DNA of 26,158 nt from a virus (IMGVR_UViG_3300033489_000052:1-26158), one strand, 5' to 3'; positions 17,255 to 24,740 are shown, counted from the stretch's first letter. Program-made: numbers and translations. The notes: generated from the letters alone by a model not told the origin.

Positions 17255-17493
17255 GATTCCTCCCTATTTTTCAGTTCTGCTGTTCTGCCATCTATCTCAA
17301 ATTGGCCGATGAAGACTCTCGGTAATCTTCTTGCATATGGCATGGCATAGAGATGTTGATTCTCTTCCCACCATCGTTCGGTGTCCTCCCGCAGTTTCTT
17401 GACCGATGATTCAACATATCCGATCAATATTGCCATCCCGCAGCCACCAATAAAAAGCCCAACCCCAAATGCCAACCAGATTTTCAAATCCAT
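17251..17493 (-). CDS. Small membrane protein
   Basis: AAGGAGG before ATG (MDLKIWLAFGVGLFIGG...). Confidence 0.6.
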   Translation of the reverse strand: MDLKIWLAFGVGLFIGGCGMAILIGYVESSVKKLREDTERWWEENQHLYAMPYARRLPRVFIGQFEIDGRTAELKNREES

Positions 17494-17554
17494 ATTGACC
17501 TCCTTCCATAACCCCACCCAACCTCCCCTTAGCTTAAGGGGAGGGGTGGAGGGG

Positions 17555-17950
17555 TTAACCTCCGAATTTCAAGGATAATTGCCCCAGATACTCTCGCATT
17601 TCGATTTTCCTGAGTCTCGACGAAACGAAAAGCGAGCTCAAACCATAGCCATCGTAATATTTGCAAACGCCCTCGATCTCCTCGGCAGTGATCGCCATGA
17701 AATACCCGTTGTGACAGCTTCCGATGGCGAAGCCGTGCTGCGTGGTGAGATGTTTGATCGTCTCGCGGATTTTGCGTTCATGCCATTTCGGATTTCGGAT
17801 TCCGGAGTTCGGATCTAATTCCGCATTCCGCATTCCGCATTCCGTATTGAGTTGTTCGACGAGTCTCGCCCGCGAGATCGCAAATTCCTTCCCCTGGTGC
17901 GCCTCGAGGAATCGCAAAATGGTTGATTCGAGGTTAGTCAATGTGTCCAT
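17555..17950 (-). CDS. Winged-helix-like phage protein with repeat-derived insert
   Basis: G...AISR..L...RKIRETIKHL..GFAIGS..NGYF.A...EE. Heptamer repeats at 17785-17845 are in frame. Confidence 0.7.
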   Translation of the reverse strand: MDTLTNLESTILRFLEAHQGKEFAISRARLVEQLNTECGMRNAELDPNSGIRNPKWHERKIRETIKHLTTQHGFAIGSCHNGYFMAITAEEIEGVCKYYDGYGLSSLFVSSRLRKIEMREYLGQLSLKFGG

Positions 17951-17986
17951 ATAAACACGAATGTTTTTATAAAAACATGGATGGTT

Positions 17987-18166
17987 TTATTCGACCAATT
18001 CGTTATCATTCGTTTCATTCGTTCTTCTATCATGGCAACCCAGACAATGGAGTCTCCCATCGATTATGATGAATTTGCCGTCCGGGAGCAGCCCCTGGCA
18101 GATCGCACAATGAGTCTCGCGCCAGCTCTCCAAAAACAATTTGATTCTCTCCTCGACTCCCGTCAT
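17987..18166 (-). CDS. 59-aa CxxC...CxxC protein, not in the ORF track
   Basis: ...HCAICQGLLPDGKFIIIDGRLHCLGCH.... ATGA overlap with the upstream gene. Confidence 0.6.
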   Translation of the reverse strand: MTGVEERIKLFLESWRETHCAICQGLLPDGKFIIIDGRLHCLGCHDRRTNETNDNELVE

Positions 18167-18399
18167 TTCTTTTCTCTGTTTTGACGGCCTTCCAGAATCA
18201 CAACCCTTCCGTCATGATCGGCGAATTTCTGCTCGAGTTTTGTGATCCTTTCGCTGTGGCTGTCTTTCTGAAAATCGCGCAGGATCCATCCCGCCTCAAA
18301 CATTGCCAGAGCCAGCAAAATACAAAACGCAGCCCAGAAAATGCCCTGCCTGATCGGCCCCCATTCCTTTGGTTTTTCCTGATGGACTTTGATTTTCAT
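18163..18399 (-). CDS. Small membrane protein
   Basis: One transmembrane helix plus a short coiled coil. Confidence 0.6.
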   Translation of the reverse strand: MKIKVHQEKPKEWGPIRQGIFWAAFCILLALAMFEAGWILRDFQKDSHSERITKLEQKFADHDGRVVILEGRQNREKK

Positions 18400-18403
18400 T
18401 TGC

Positions 18404-18610
18404 TCATGCTCCGGCTTTCATCATTCTTCCCCTTGCATCTCTTTTGAGGGGATATTTTATCTTCATTCTTTCTACGATCTTTTTACCCGTTTCTATCTTT
18501 ATGGGTGAGAACCGTATCATCATTATGGGTCGCAGCCGTAATCCCAGGGCCATTTCCCTTAATGCTTTCCCAAGCATGATTGATATTTTGTGATCCTTAG
18601 ACTTTTTCAT
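18404..18610 (-). CDS. Small basic hypothetical protein
   Basis: GGGAGG upstream; C-terminal RDARGR. Confidence 0.55.
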   Translation of the reverse strand: MKKSKDHKISIMLGKALREMALGLRLRPIMMIRFSPIKIETGKKIVERMKIKYPLKRDARGRMMKAGA

Positions 18611-18624
18611 TATTCATCCTCCCA

Positions 18625-18720
18625 GCCATGCACCCTGCGTGGTTCATGGGCACGCCATGCACCCTACGTGGTGCATGGCGTGGTGCAGGGCAAGCCCTGA
18701 ACCCTGCGTGGTTCATGGGC
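18625..18720. repeat. Compound cluster (three full and one half copy) of the 26-bp hairpin element
   Basis: gccatgcaccctgcgtggttcatgggc / gccatgcaccctacgtggtgcatggc / gtggtgcagggc / gccctgaaccctgcgtggttcatgggc. Confidence 0.85.
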
Positions 18721-18880
18721 GCTTCCCTTTCTGTCCCGGAAAACCACAGGCAATGTTTATTGTTTGCCTTTTCTCTTCCACGATCGCGGCGACAAATGGA
18801 CAGTCAAGACATTGGCCGATAGAAATTCTTCTCGGCTTCTTGGGCATCGGGCATATAAAGGTCTTTTTATTTCCTGGCAT
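18713..18880 (-). CDS. 55-aa Cys-containing protein, not in the ORF track
   Basis: MPGNKKTFICPMPKKPRRISIGQCLDCPF...IACGF. The Cys pattern resembles the upstream ORF. Confidence 0.55.
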   Translation of the reverse strand: MPGNKKTFICPMPKKPRRISIGQCLDCPFVAAIVEEKRQTINIACGFPGQKGKRP

Positions 18881-19082
18881 TGGGATCTCCGTAACTGCAT
18901 CTCAGTTTTCCGCCATCGGAAGTGAGCCACAAGCATTTCTGTTTATGACAGACCGTCACCGCGATCCTGGGATGCCCCTTCCTCATCGGACATGCGAGGT
19001 AATACCTAAGGTCATCCGTGCCCTGCACCCCATGTGGTGCAGGGTGCTCATTGTCCCTGCTCGCAGGTGCCTTCTGGTTCAT
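18867..19082 (-). CDS. Cys-containing hypothetical protein
   Basis: AAGGAG before ATG 19082; CPM...RI...C...C...C pattern. Contains a 26-bp hairpin copy at 19020-19045. Confidence 0.6.
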   Translation of the reverse strand: MNQKAPASRDNEHPAPHGVQGTDDLRYYLACPMRKGHPRIAVTVCHKQKCLWLTSDGGKLRCSYGDPNARK

Positions 19083-19096
19083 CGACAATGCTCCTT

Positions 19097-19444
19097 TTAT
19101 TTCCAAAATTCCCTCCATGATGTCGGGCCAAAAACCACGACCCCGATAATGGTTGCAAGGGCCGAAATTACCAGCGTCCAGCAGAGCCATTCGGTGGCGA
19201 CGGTCCAGTTAATTCGATTAATCATCTTCCGGAGTTTCCACAGCATCTTCACCATCATTAATCTGCGCTCAATCTCAATTCGTTTGATTTCCCTGTCTAA
19301 AATGCTGTCCGTATTTATTTGCTTTCTTGCTTCCAAATTAAGCCACCTTTCCCGGTGCTCCCGGACAATCGCCTCCGGAGTCGTGCGAATCGTTCCGTAA
19401 TTTCCTTTTTGTGGTCTTGCGTTTTCCATATCAAAATTTTCCAT
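19097..19444 (-). CDS. Hypothetical protein with C-terminal transmembrane helix
   Basis: GAGGAGG upstream; hydrophobic C-terminus. Confidence 0.6.
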   Translation of the reverse strand: MENFDMENARPQKGNYGTIRTTPEAIVREHRERWLNLEARKQINTDSILDREIKRIEIERRLMMVKMLWKLRKMINRINWTVATEWLCWTLVISALATIIGVVVFGPTSWREFWK

Positions 19445-19463
19445 GAGTTCCTCCTCTCCTTTA

Positions 19464-19489
19464 GCCCTGAACTCTACGTAGTTCAGGGC
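19464..19489. repeat. 26-bp hairpin element
   Basis: gccctgaact-ctacgt-agttcagggc. Confidence 0.85.
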
Positions 19490-19495
19490 GTTTCG

Positions 19496-20746
19496 CTAAA
19501 TAGACATGACGACCTCTTCCGTCACCTTTGCTTCGCCCATATCTGTCGCCAGGTTCATCGCCTTAGCCGCATAGTTATTGACGAGGAGCGGGTAGGCGTG
19601 AGAGATGGTTTTATTCTGCCGGTCCTTCGATGTCAGCCGTTTTGCCAGGGCGCCCAGGGCGCCATTGTCAAAAATTTTGTCCATCTCTGAACCGACACGC
19701 TTAAACTTCAAATTCAAATATTCTTTAATATGACCATTCAGGCCGGAGATCTCGGCGATCTGGACCCGCCGGATAACCTCCCGCAGGTCCACGTGCTGTG
19801 CCTCGTTGAAGGCATATTTCAATTCTATCTGCCCCATCAAGATGATACCCAGGAGTTTCCGATACCCATCTTCCAGCTCGTAAAATCGTTTCAAATATTT
19901 GAGCACTTCAATCGGCAAATCATGCGCTTCTTCGATTATCAAGACGGATCGGTAATTCTGTTTCGAGCGCTCGAGCAGGAGCTTTTGCACCTGCCTGGCT
20001 TTTTGCTCCAGTTTTATTTTCGTTTTCTCTGAACTGATGTCCATGATGATGGCATCGCAGATCGATGCCGCGGTGACCTTTCTCTTGTCGATTATTTGAG
20101 GATAGATGACAAGCACATCGCCATCCTTCTGGAGTTGGATGACAACTTTTCTTCTTATGACGGATTTGCCCGATCCGACCTCTCCTATCACTGCCAGAAA
20201 TCCGCCATGCCGCGCACAGTCGAGCATGGCGGCCTCGATGTAGCGGTGCTCGTCGGACATATAGATATCGGAATCCTTTTCGATATCGTCGATAAATGGA
20301 TTTCTAAAAATCTTGAAATGCTTCATCGCCTCTGATGTGATCATTTCTACCTCCCAGTTGACGACGATCCGTAATGGATCGCCTTGAATAAATCCATGAT
20401 TTCTAAACCCGGCGGCAACTTTGGCCCCGAAGCCCGCCGGCATGACGTGTTTTTTCATCGGCGTACCCGTGGGCATCCAGACGTCGCTCGCCTCAAGGCC
20501 GCGCTCGATCAACCAGTGCATGGCCCTCTGGTTTTTGGAGATAAACTTTTCAATTCTCTTTTGAAAATCGTCTGACCTGGGCGGGATATATCCCCGGTTT
20601 AAAGTAAGACTGAATAATGGTCGGGAGACGTCCGCCACTTCTGATATCGCGGTCTGGTTGATGCCGCACTGCAAAATAAGTTCTTTTAAAACGATTGGAC
20701 TCTCAGGCATTTTGAATGCTTTTCGCCCCGCTACTCCGTTAGACAT
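19496..20746 (-). CDS. MuB-equivalent AAA+ ATPase (ExeA-like) with N-terminal HTH
   Basis: Walker A GEVGSGKS, Walker B LIIEEAH, ILMGQ.EL and EVIRR; follows the transposase. Confidence 0.9.
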   Translation of the reverse strand: MSNGVAGRKAFKMPESPIVLKELILQCGINQTAISEVADVSRPLFSLTLNRGYIPPRSDDFQKRIEKFISKNQRAMHWLIERGLEASDVWMPTGTPMKKHVMPAGFGAKVAAGFRNHGFIQGDPLRIVVNWEVEMITSEAMKHFKIFRNPFIDDIEKDSDIYMSDEHRYIEAAMLDCARHGGFLAVIGEVGSGKSVIRRKVVIQLQKDGDVLVIYPQIIDKRKVTAASICDAIIMDISSEKTKIKLEQKARQVQKLLLERSKQNYRSVLIIEEAHDLPIEVLKYLKRFYELEDGYRKLLGIILMGQIELKYAFNEAQHVDLREVIRRVQIAEISGLNGHIKEYLNLKFKRVGSEMDKIFDNGALGALAKRLTSKDRQNKTISHAYPLLVNNYAAKAMNLATDMGEAKVTEEVVMSI

Positions 20747-20766
20747 TCGGTTTCACCTCCCTCCTT

Positions 20767-20792
20767 GCCCTGAACCCTACGTGGTTCGGGGT
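20767..20792. repeat. 26-bp hairpin element
   Basis: gccctgaaccctacgtggttcggggt. Confidence 0.85.
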
Positions 20793-20815
20793 CGCCATTG
20801 ATCATTGCCCATTGC

Positions 20816-20929
20816 CTATTGCCTTTTTCTCTTCTTCCATTCTCTTCTCAACAGAATGACGAGACAAAGGATACCCATGATCCCCAAAGCGGTTCCGACA
20901 ATGATCATATAAGCCTGCGCAAACGTCAT
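20816..20929 (-). CDS. 37-aa membrane peptide, not in the ORF track
   Basis: MTFAQAYMIIVGTALGIMGILCLVILLRREWKKRKRQ, starting 3 nt after the transposase stop. Confidence 0.55.
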   Translation of the reverse strand: MTFAQAYMIIVGTALGIMGILCLVILLRREWKKRKRQ

Positions 20930-20932
20930 AAG

Positions 20933-22645
20933 TTATTTCTCACTGCCTACCGCCTTCTGCTCCTGCTCGCAGGTGCCTTCTGGCGTCGTTCCCGCCTCCA
21001 TCTCGCCGATCACCGCCTCCGCCTCACTTACACTCACACTCTCCCCATACCTCCCCCTCAGCTCCTGGTTCGTCTCCTTGGAAATCGGCCCCACGCGCTG
21101 GATTAGCCGCTTCAAAAATTCAGTGAAAGAGATCTGCGTCTCGGCGATCGCGTGATCGACTTCAATGGGAGTCCCGCGCTTCTCTATAAAGGATAGATTC
21201 CCCACCTTCTCGGCCTGGTGCCCAAAGACCTTGAGTCCCGCAAAAGGTATTTTCTCCGAACTCCGAACTCCTGACTCCGAACTGGCCTCCCCATAGGCCA
21301 TATTCTCGAATCGTTTGACGGCCTGCTGGGTGAGTGTTTCCGGCGGCGCCTTATATTCCTGGCCGATGATTGCCGAGTCCGCCCTGAAGCCCCCGAGCTC
21401 GCTCGGAAGCATCTCGGTAGGCGACGCTTCAAAGATCTGTTCGTTATAGGAAACATCGATCCTGGGCCACTTCCAGGGTTTGAGGATCGCCATCACTTTT
21501 GCCCCGCGAAAAAGTCCTTGTATATGTTTGAGTCGATACGGTCTGCCCCGATAGCTGATTTCGTAGAAGGCATCGACGGTGCGCTCCTCTTCCGGGTTCG
21601 CATAGAGGTCCTGGAGGATCTCTTTTTGGGGAAGTTCTCGCAGTTGATCTTCCTGGATCAGGAGCCAGCACTCCGTCCGGGTCATCTTGTGCCGGCGATG
21701 CCGTTTTGTGGCCTGAAAGTAGATCATAAAGTCACGCGCCCATTGGTTGAGATCTTCTACGTTGTGGGCGGGCTGGATCCGGAGCTTGCTCTCAAAGCGG
21801 GATTCGATGATATTATGGAGTACCTCGACCGCTCCCTGGCGCCGCGCGTTATAGGGAAGGCCGGGAGGGATCTCGATGCCGAGTCTCTCTAAAAAAGTAA
21901 CCGTGCGGCCGCTCGTATTGGCGGCGCCCGAGTCCATCAAAAGGGCGAACGGGACTCCCCTGAAGGGATATCGCTCGTCATTTTTATAGGCCCAGGCCCG
22001 GCTGACAAAATCATAGAGAAGGTCGGAGCTCTCGCCGCGGGCGTCATAGTAATAAAGGTAGAAAGCCCCGGAGAAGTGATCGCAGATCACATAACGAAGA
22101 ATCCGGGTTTTGATCTCCAGGTATTTATCGAGCTTGTTTTTGTAGAAGTCGCGCTCATCCATAATGCGCATGGATTTTCCGTCCTTGAGGTAATATTGCA
22201 CGCAGACTGAGACATCGAAGACGTGGACGTGGTTGGGATGGAGCGATCGCATGGCCGTGCACGGCTCCGGCGCCTTCAAGGCTTTCTTGCTGATCTGATG
22301 CTCCCTCAAAAGATCGGTCATCCTGGCCGTGGAGATTTGTCCCGGGTCGATGATCTCGTTATCGATGGCGATCTCAAGTGCGCATTCAACCGGCATGATG
22401 GGTCCTTTAACTTCGCGCCTCGTGGCATGGATGAGCGAGGCTACAAATTCAATTTGATTTTTGGTGAGGTCGCTCTTCCCTTTGTCGGTCCTGTTTCTGC
22501 GACCCGTTGAGAAACCATTCTCTCGCGCGATGCGGTAGAGGGCCTGCGGCGCGTAACCCGTCTTGCCGGAATAGGAGGCGAGCACGCTTTTTCTCTGTTC
22601 CGGCTCTACCTCTTTTAGTTTTTCCACCATTTCCAATCGCCACAT
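20933..22645 (-). CDS. DDE transposase (MuA-equivalent)
   Basis: HPNHVHVFD, DHFSG, GVP..LLMDSGAAN and NARRQGAVE give the D-D-E triad of the integrase core. Confidence 0.92.
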   Translation of the reverse strand: MWRLEMVEKLKEVEPEQRKSVLASYSGKTGYAPQALYRIARENGFSTGRRNRTDKGKSDLTKNQIEFVASLIHATRREVKGPIMPVECALEIAIDNEIIDPGQISTARMTDLLREHQISKKALKAPEPCTAMRSLHPNHVHVFDVSVCVQYYLKDGKSMRIMDERDFYKNKLDKYLEIKTRILRYVICDHFSGAFYLYYYDARGESSDLLYDFVSRAWAYKNDERYPFRGVPFALLMDSGAANTSGRTVTFLERLGIEIPPGLPYNARRQGAVEVLHNIIESRFESKLRIQPAHNVEDLNQWARDFMIYFQATKRHRRHKMTRTECWLLIQEDQLRELPQKEILQDLYANPEEERTVDAFYEISYRGRPYRLKHIQGLFRGAKVMAILKPWKWPRIDVSYNEQIFEASPTEMLPSELGGFRADSAIIGQEYKAPPETLTQQAVKRFENMAYGEASSESGVRSSEKIPFAGLKVFGHQAEKVGNLSFIEKRGTPIEVDHAIAETQISFTEFLKRLIQRVGPISKETNQELRGRYGESVSVSEAEAVIGEMEAGTTPEGTCEQEQKAVGSEK

Positions 22646-22658
22646 GGTTGCCCCCTTG

Positions 22659-22712
22659 GCCCTGAATCCTACTTGCCCCGCATCCTACGTGGTGCGGGGT
22701 GTGGTTCAGGGC
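22659..22712. repeat. Nested pair of 26-bp hairpin elements
   Basis: gccctgaatcctac [tt gccccgcatcctacgtggtgcggggt] gtggttcagggc. Confidence 0.85.
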
Positions 22713-22722
22713 TGTTTTTTAT

Positions 22723-23694
22723 CTACGCCTCCGCTTTATTGGATCGGTGTTTCGGATAGACGGGCGCGCGGGCATCCGGAGGGGGCTGCCATTCCTCCTC
22801 GGGCAGCATAGAAGGATCGGCATAGGACTCGATGGCCGCATCGTGCGCCGCCAGGATCTGCATCTTCATGTATTTGAGCGCTGCAATGTAAGATGAGACC
22901 ATTCGCGGGGTAGGTTTGCTTTTGGGAAGGAGCTCCTCGATTCTGTCGGGATCGAGACTGAGCATGTAGCCATCGAATCCTATGCGGAGATTTTCAACCT
23001 TTTTGATGAAGGCATCTTCCTCGAGGGTGAGGCCCTGCTTCGCAGCCTCTCTTTCAAATTTGGAGATTGTTTTCTCCTGGCGGTGGACCAGGTCGCCCTG
23101 AGATTGGATCAGTTTGTCTTTGGTCCGGATGACGGCGCTCTTCTCCTCGAGCTGAGCCTTATAGGACTCTTCGAGCTTCTCCAGGAGGGCCTGGATCTCG
23201 TCTTTATGCTCCGGCGTGAGGGGGATTTCCTCCCCCTGGTAGATGATGGTGTTACCCTTAATTTCCGCAATGTTTGCGGAAACTGCCTTAGCTAAGTATT
23301 TGATTTTATTGAAATCACATCCAGAAAAATCCGCAAACTTTGCGGAAAATGTTACCGTAAGTTGTTCTAAATCCTTGAGCCATTGATCCGCGGTTCTATC
23401 GCTAACGCCAACGCATTTGCAGAACGCTTCCCAGGTCATCCCGTATACTTCACGATAGTCTTTGGATTCTCTGGCCCTCTTTAGAAAAAGTATCTTGAAT
23501 AATTTGGCCTGTTCTTCAGAGAACATCATGCTCTTGATCTTGCCAACCGTCTCGAAAATCCACGGAGATAGAGATAACTTCTCCTGGAGTCGCGTTATCT
23601 CCTGGTCTTTTATCTCGGTGGCCATTCTTACGGCCCGGTCAACAATTGCGATACTCTCATCTGTTGGCTTCTGGCTCTTCGGTTTGTTTCCCAT
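22723..23694 (-). CDS. Early protein upstream of the transposase (DUF3102-like position), HTH plus coiled coil
   Basis: TWEAFCKCVGVSDRTADQW helix-turn-helix-like motif. Start moved to ATG 23694 (GAGGAGG upstream). Confidence 0.7.
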   Translation of the reverse strand: MGNKPKSQKPTDESIAIVDRAVRMATEIKDQEITRLQEKLSLSPWIFETVGKIKSMMFSEEQAKLFKILFLKRARESKDYREVYGMTWEAFCKCVGVSDRTADQWLKDLEQLTVTFSAKFADFSGCDFNKIKYLAKAVSANIAEIKGNTIIYQGEEIPLTPEHKDEIQALLEKLEESYKAQLEEKSAVIRTKDKLIQSQGDLVHRQEKTISKFEREAAKQGLTLEEDAFIKKVENLRIGFDGYMLSLDPDRIEELLPKSKPTPRMVSSYIAALKYMKMQILAAHDAAIESYADPSMLPEEEWQPPPDARAPVYPKHRSNKAEA

Positions 23695-23715
23695 CGTTTG
23701 CCCTCCTCTATGTCT

Positions 23716-23743
23716 GTCATTCCGGGCTTGACCCGGAATCCAG
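23716..23743. repeat. Palindromic REP-like element supplying the stop codon of the upstream gene
   Basis: gtcattccggg-cttga-cccggaatccag, same family as 1-139. Confidence 0.75.
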
Positions 23744-24028
23744 TTCTTTGATCTGACTTTCAATCAGCATCTTCTCGCCTTCGAGGTTTGACTTCACCCG
23801 CGCCCAGATCAGCGCGAGACCGGTCCCGATTCGCCAATGGTCTCCAATCCGCTGCACGAAGCCAAAATCGCTCAAGGTGCTCAAATGGCACATCGTAGTT
23901 CCAAGAGCCAGGCTCGTTGTGTTTGCAATGTCCTGCGCCGATGCCGGTTCCTTTGTGTTCCCCAAGAATTTTAAAATTGCACACGTCTTTTCAACCGCCG
24001 CAATTTTTTTGTAAGATTTCTCTTCCAT
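23717..24028 (-). CDS. IclR-type winged-helix DNA-binding protein
   Basis: IAAVEKTCAILKFL...DIA....L..GT...HL.TL...GFV....WRIG; AAGGAG upstream. Confidence 0.85.
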   Translation of the reverse strand: MEEKSYKKIAAVEKTCAILKFLGNTKEPASAQDIANTTSLALGTTMCHLSTLSDFGFVQRIGDHWRIGTGLALIWARVKSNLEGEKMLIESQIKELDSGSSPE

Positions 24029-24047
24029 CCGAATCTCTCCTTAAATT

Positions 24048-24191
24048 CGGGAGGCCAGAAGGCCTCCCGCCTCGCCAGACCGTGCCGCACCAGACCTAAC
24101 CCAACCATGCGACGCCGTACCCCGCCAAACCATACCCTGCCTTGCCAGACATAACCTTGCCTGACCAAGCCGCGCCTCACCATGCCTCGGC
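24048..24191 (-). ncRNA. Putative guide-like RNA: 24 tandem GGY-NN pentamers plus 3' hairpin
   Basis: Exact 5-nt period over 24067-24186; 22 of 24 units match GGYNN. Ends in a perfect 9-bp stem CGGGAGGCC-TTCT-GGCCTCCCG. The repeat is observed; RNA status is inferred. Confidence 0.7.
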
Positions 24192-24740
24192 TCATTGAAC
24201 ATCAAACCTCGAAACGTAAAACCTTCCGAAAGGTCCGCCCTTGGATGGTCTAAAATCTCCGATCCCGACACTGCGGCCTGCTACATCAAAAATTTCCTTC
24301 AAAACTTCCACGGGAAGCTCTTCTTCGTCCAAAAAAAGTTTAAATGATAATGCCCATTCTCTTAAACATGGCCGCTTACGGATTATTCTCCCTTTGGTTG
24401 CGGGAACAACAACTGGACGGCTGTCGATTTCCCATTTTTGAAAAACGTGAGGGATAGCGTCAGGTTCAATCACCACCGCTCCGCCGCTTACAATATTTTT
24501 ATATGTAGCTTTATTTCTTCCTTTGATCTGAAAACGTGCAGCAGCGGCCCTTATGGCTCCAAGGACATGGGTGGATGGTTGATAAATCGTCCCGTCGGGG
24601 AGCCTATATAATGATGTCTCCACTTCTTTGTCGTCTGATGTGGCGCTCTTCCTTCTGGTTTTTGTCCCCTGGCTCTCTTCTGGAAATCGATGTTGAAGTA
24701 ATGGGCTAACACTTTTAATCGAAATCTCAATTGTTTTCAT
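24192..24740 (-). CDS. Stand-alone RAMP/Cas7-like protein
   Basis: N-terminal strand IEISIKSVSPLLQH, YQPSTHVLGAIRAAA (RAMP 'iPgssiKGalR'-like) and C-terminal glycine-rich loop GIGDFRPSKGGPFGRF; AAGGAGG upstream. Confidence 0.7.
   Translation of the reverse strand: MKTIEISIKSVSPLLQHRFPEESQGTKTRRKSATSDDKEVETSLYRLPDGTIYQPSTHVLGAIRAAAARFQIKGRNKATYKNIVSGGAVVIEPDAIPHVFQKWEIDSRPVVVPATKGRIIRKRPCLREWALSFKLFLDEEELPVEVLKEIFDVAGRSVGIGDFRPSKGGPFGRFYVSRFDVQ

Noticed and set aside
13848-18720. 26-bp hairpin clusters as a CRISPR array
   Set aside because: There are no unique spacers of regular length. Copies are dispersed, degenerate and nested, and no cas operon is present.
24048-24069. Hairpin as an intrinsic terminator
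   Set aside because: No proper U-tract follows on the minus strand (AATTTAAGG) and it abuts the next RBS. A processing or stability signal is more likely.
23971-24271. ORFs 23971-24195 and 24041-24271 (Gly/Arg-rich)
   Set aside because: They are translations of the stop-poor GGYNN array and overlap real genes. A coupled short peptide from the ATGA at 24195 cannot be fully excluded.
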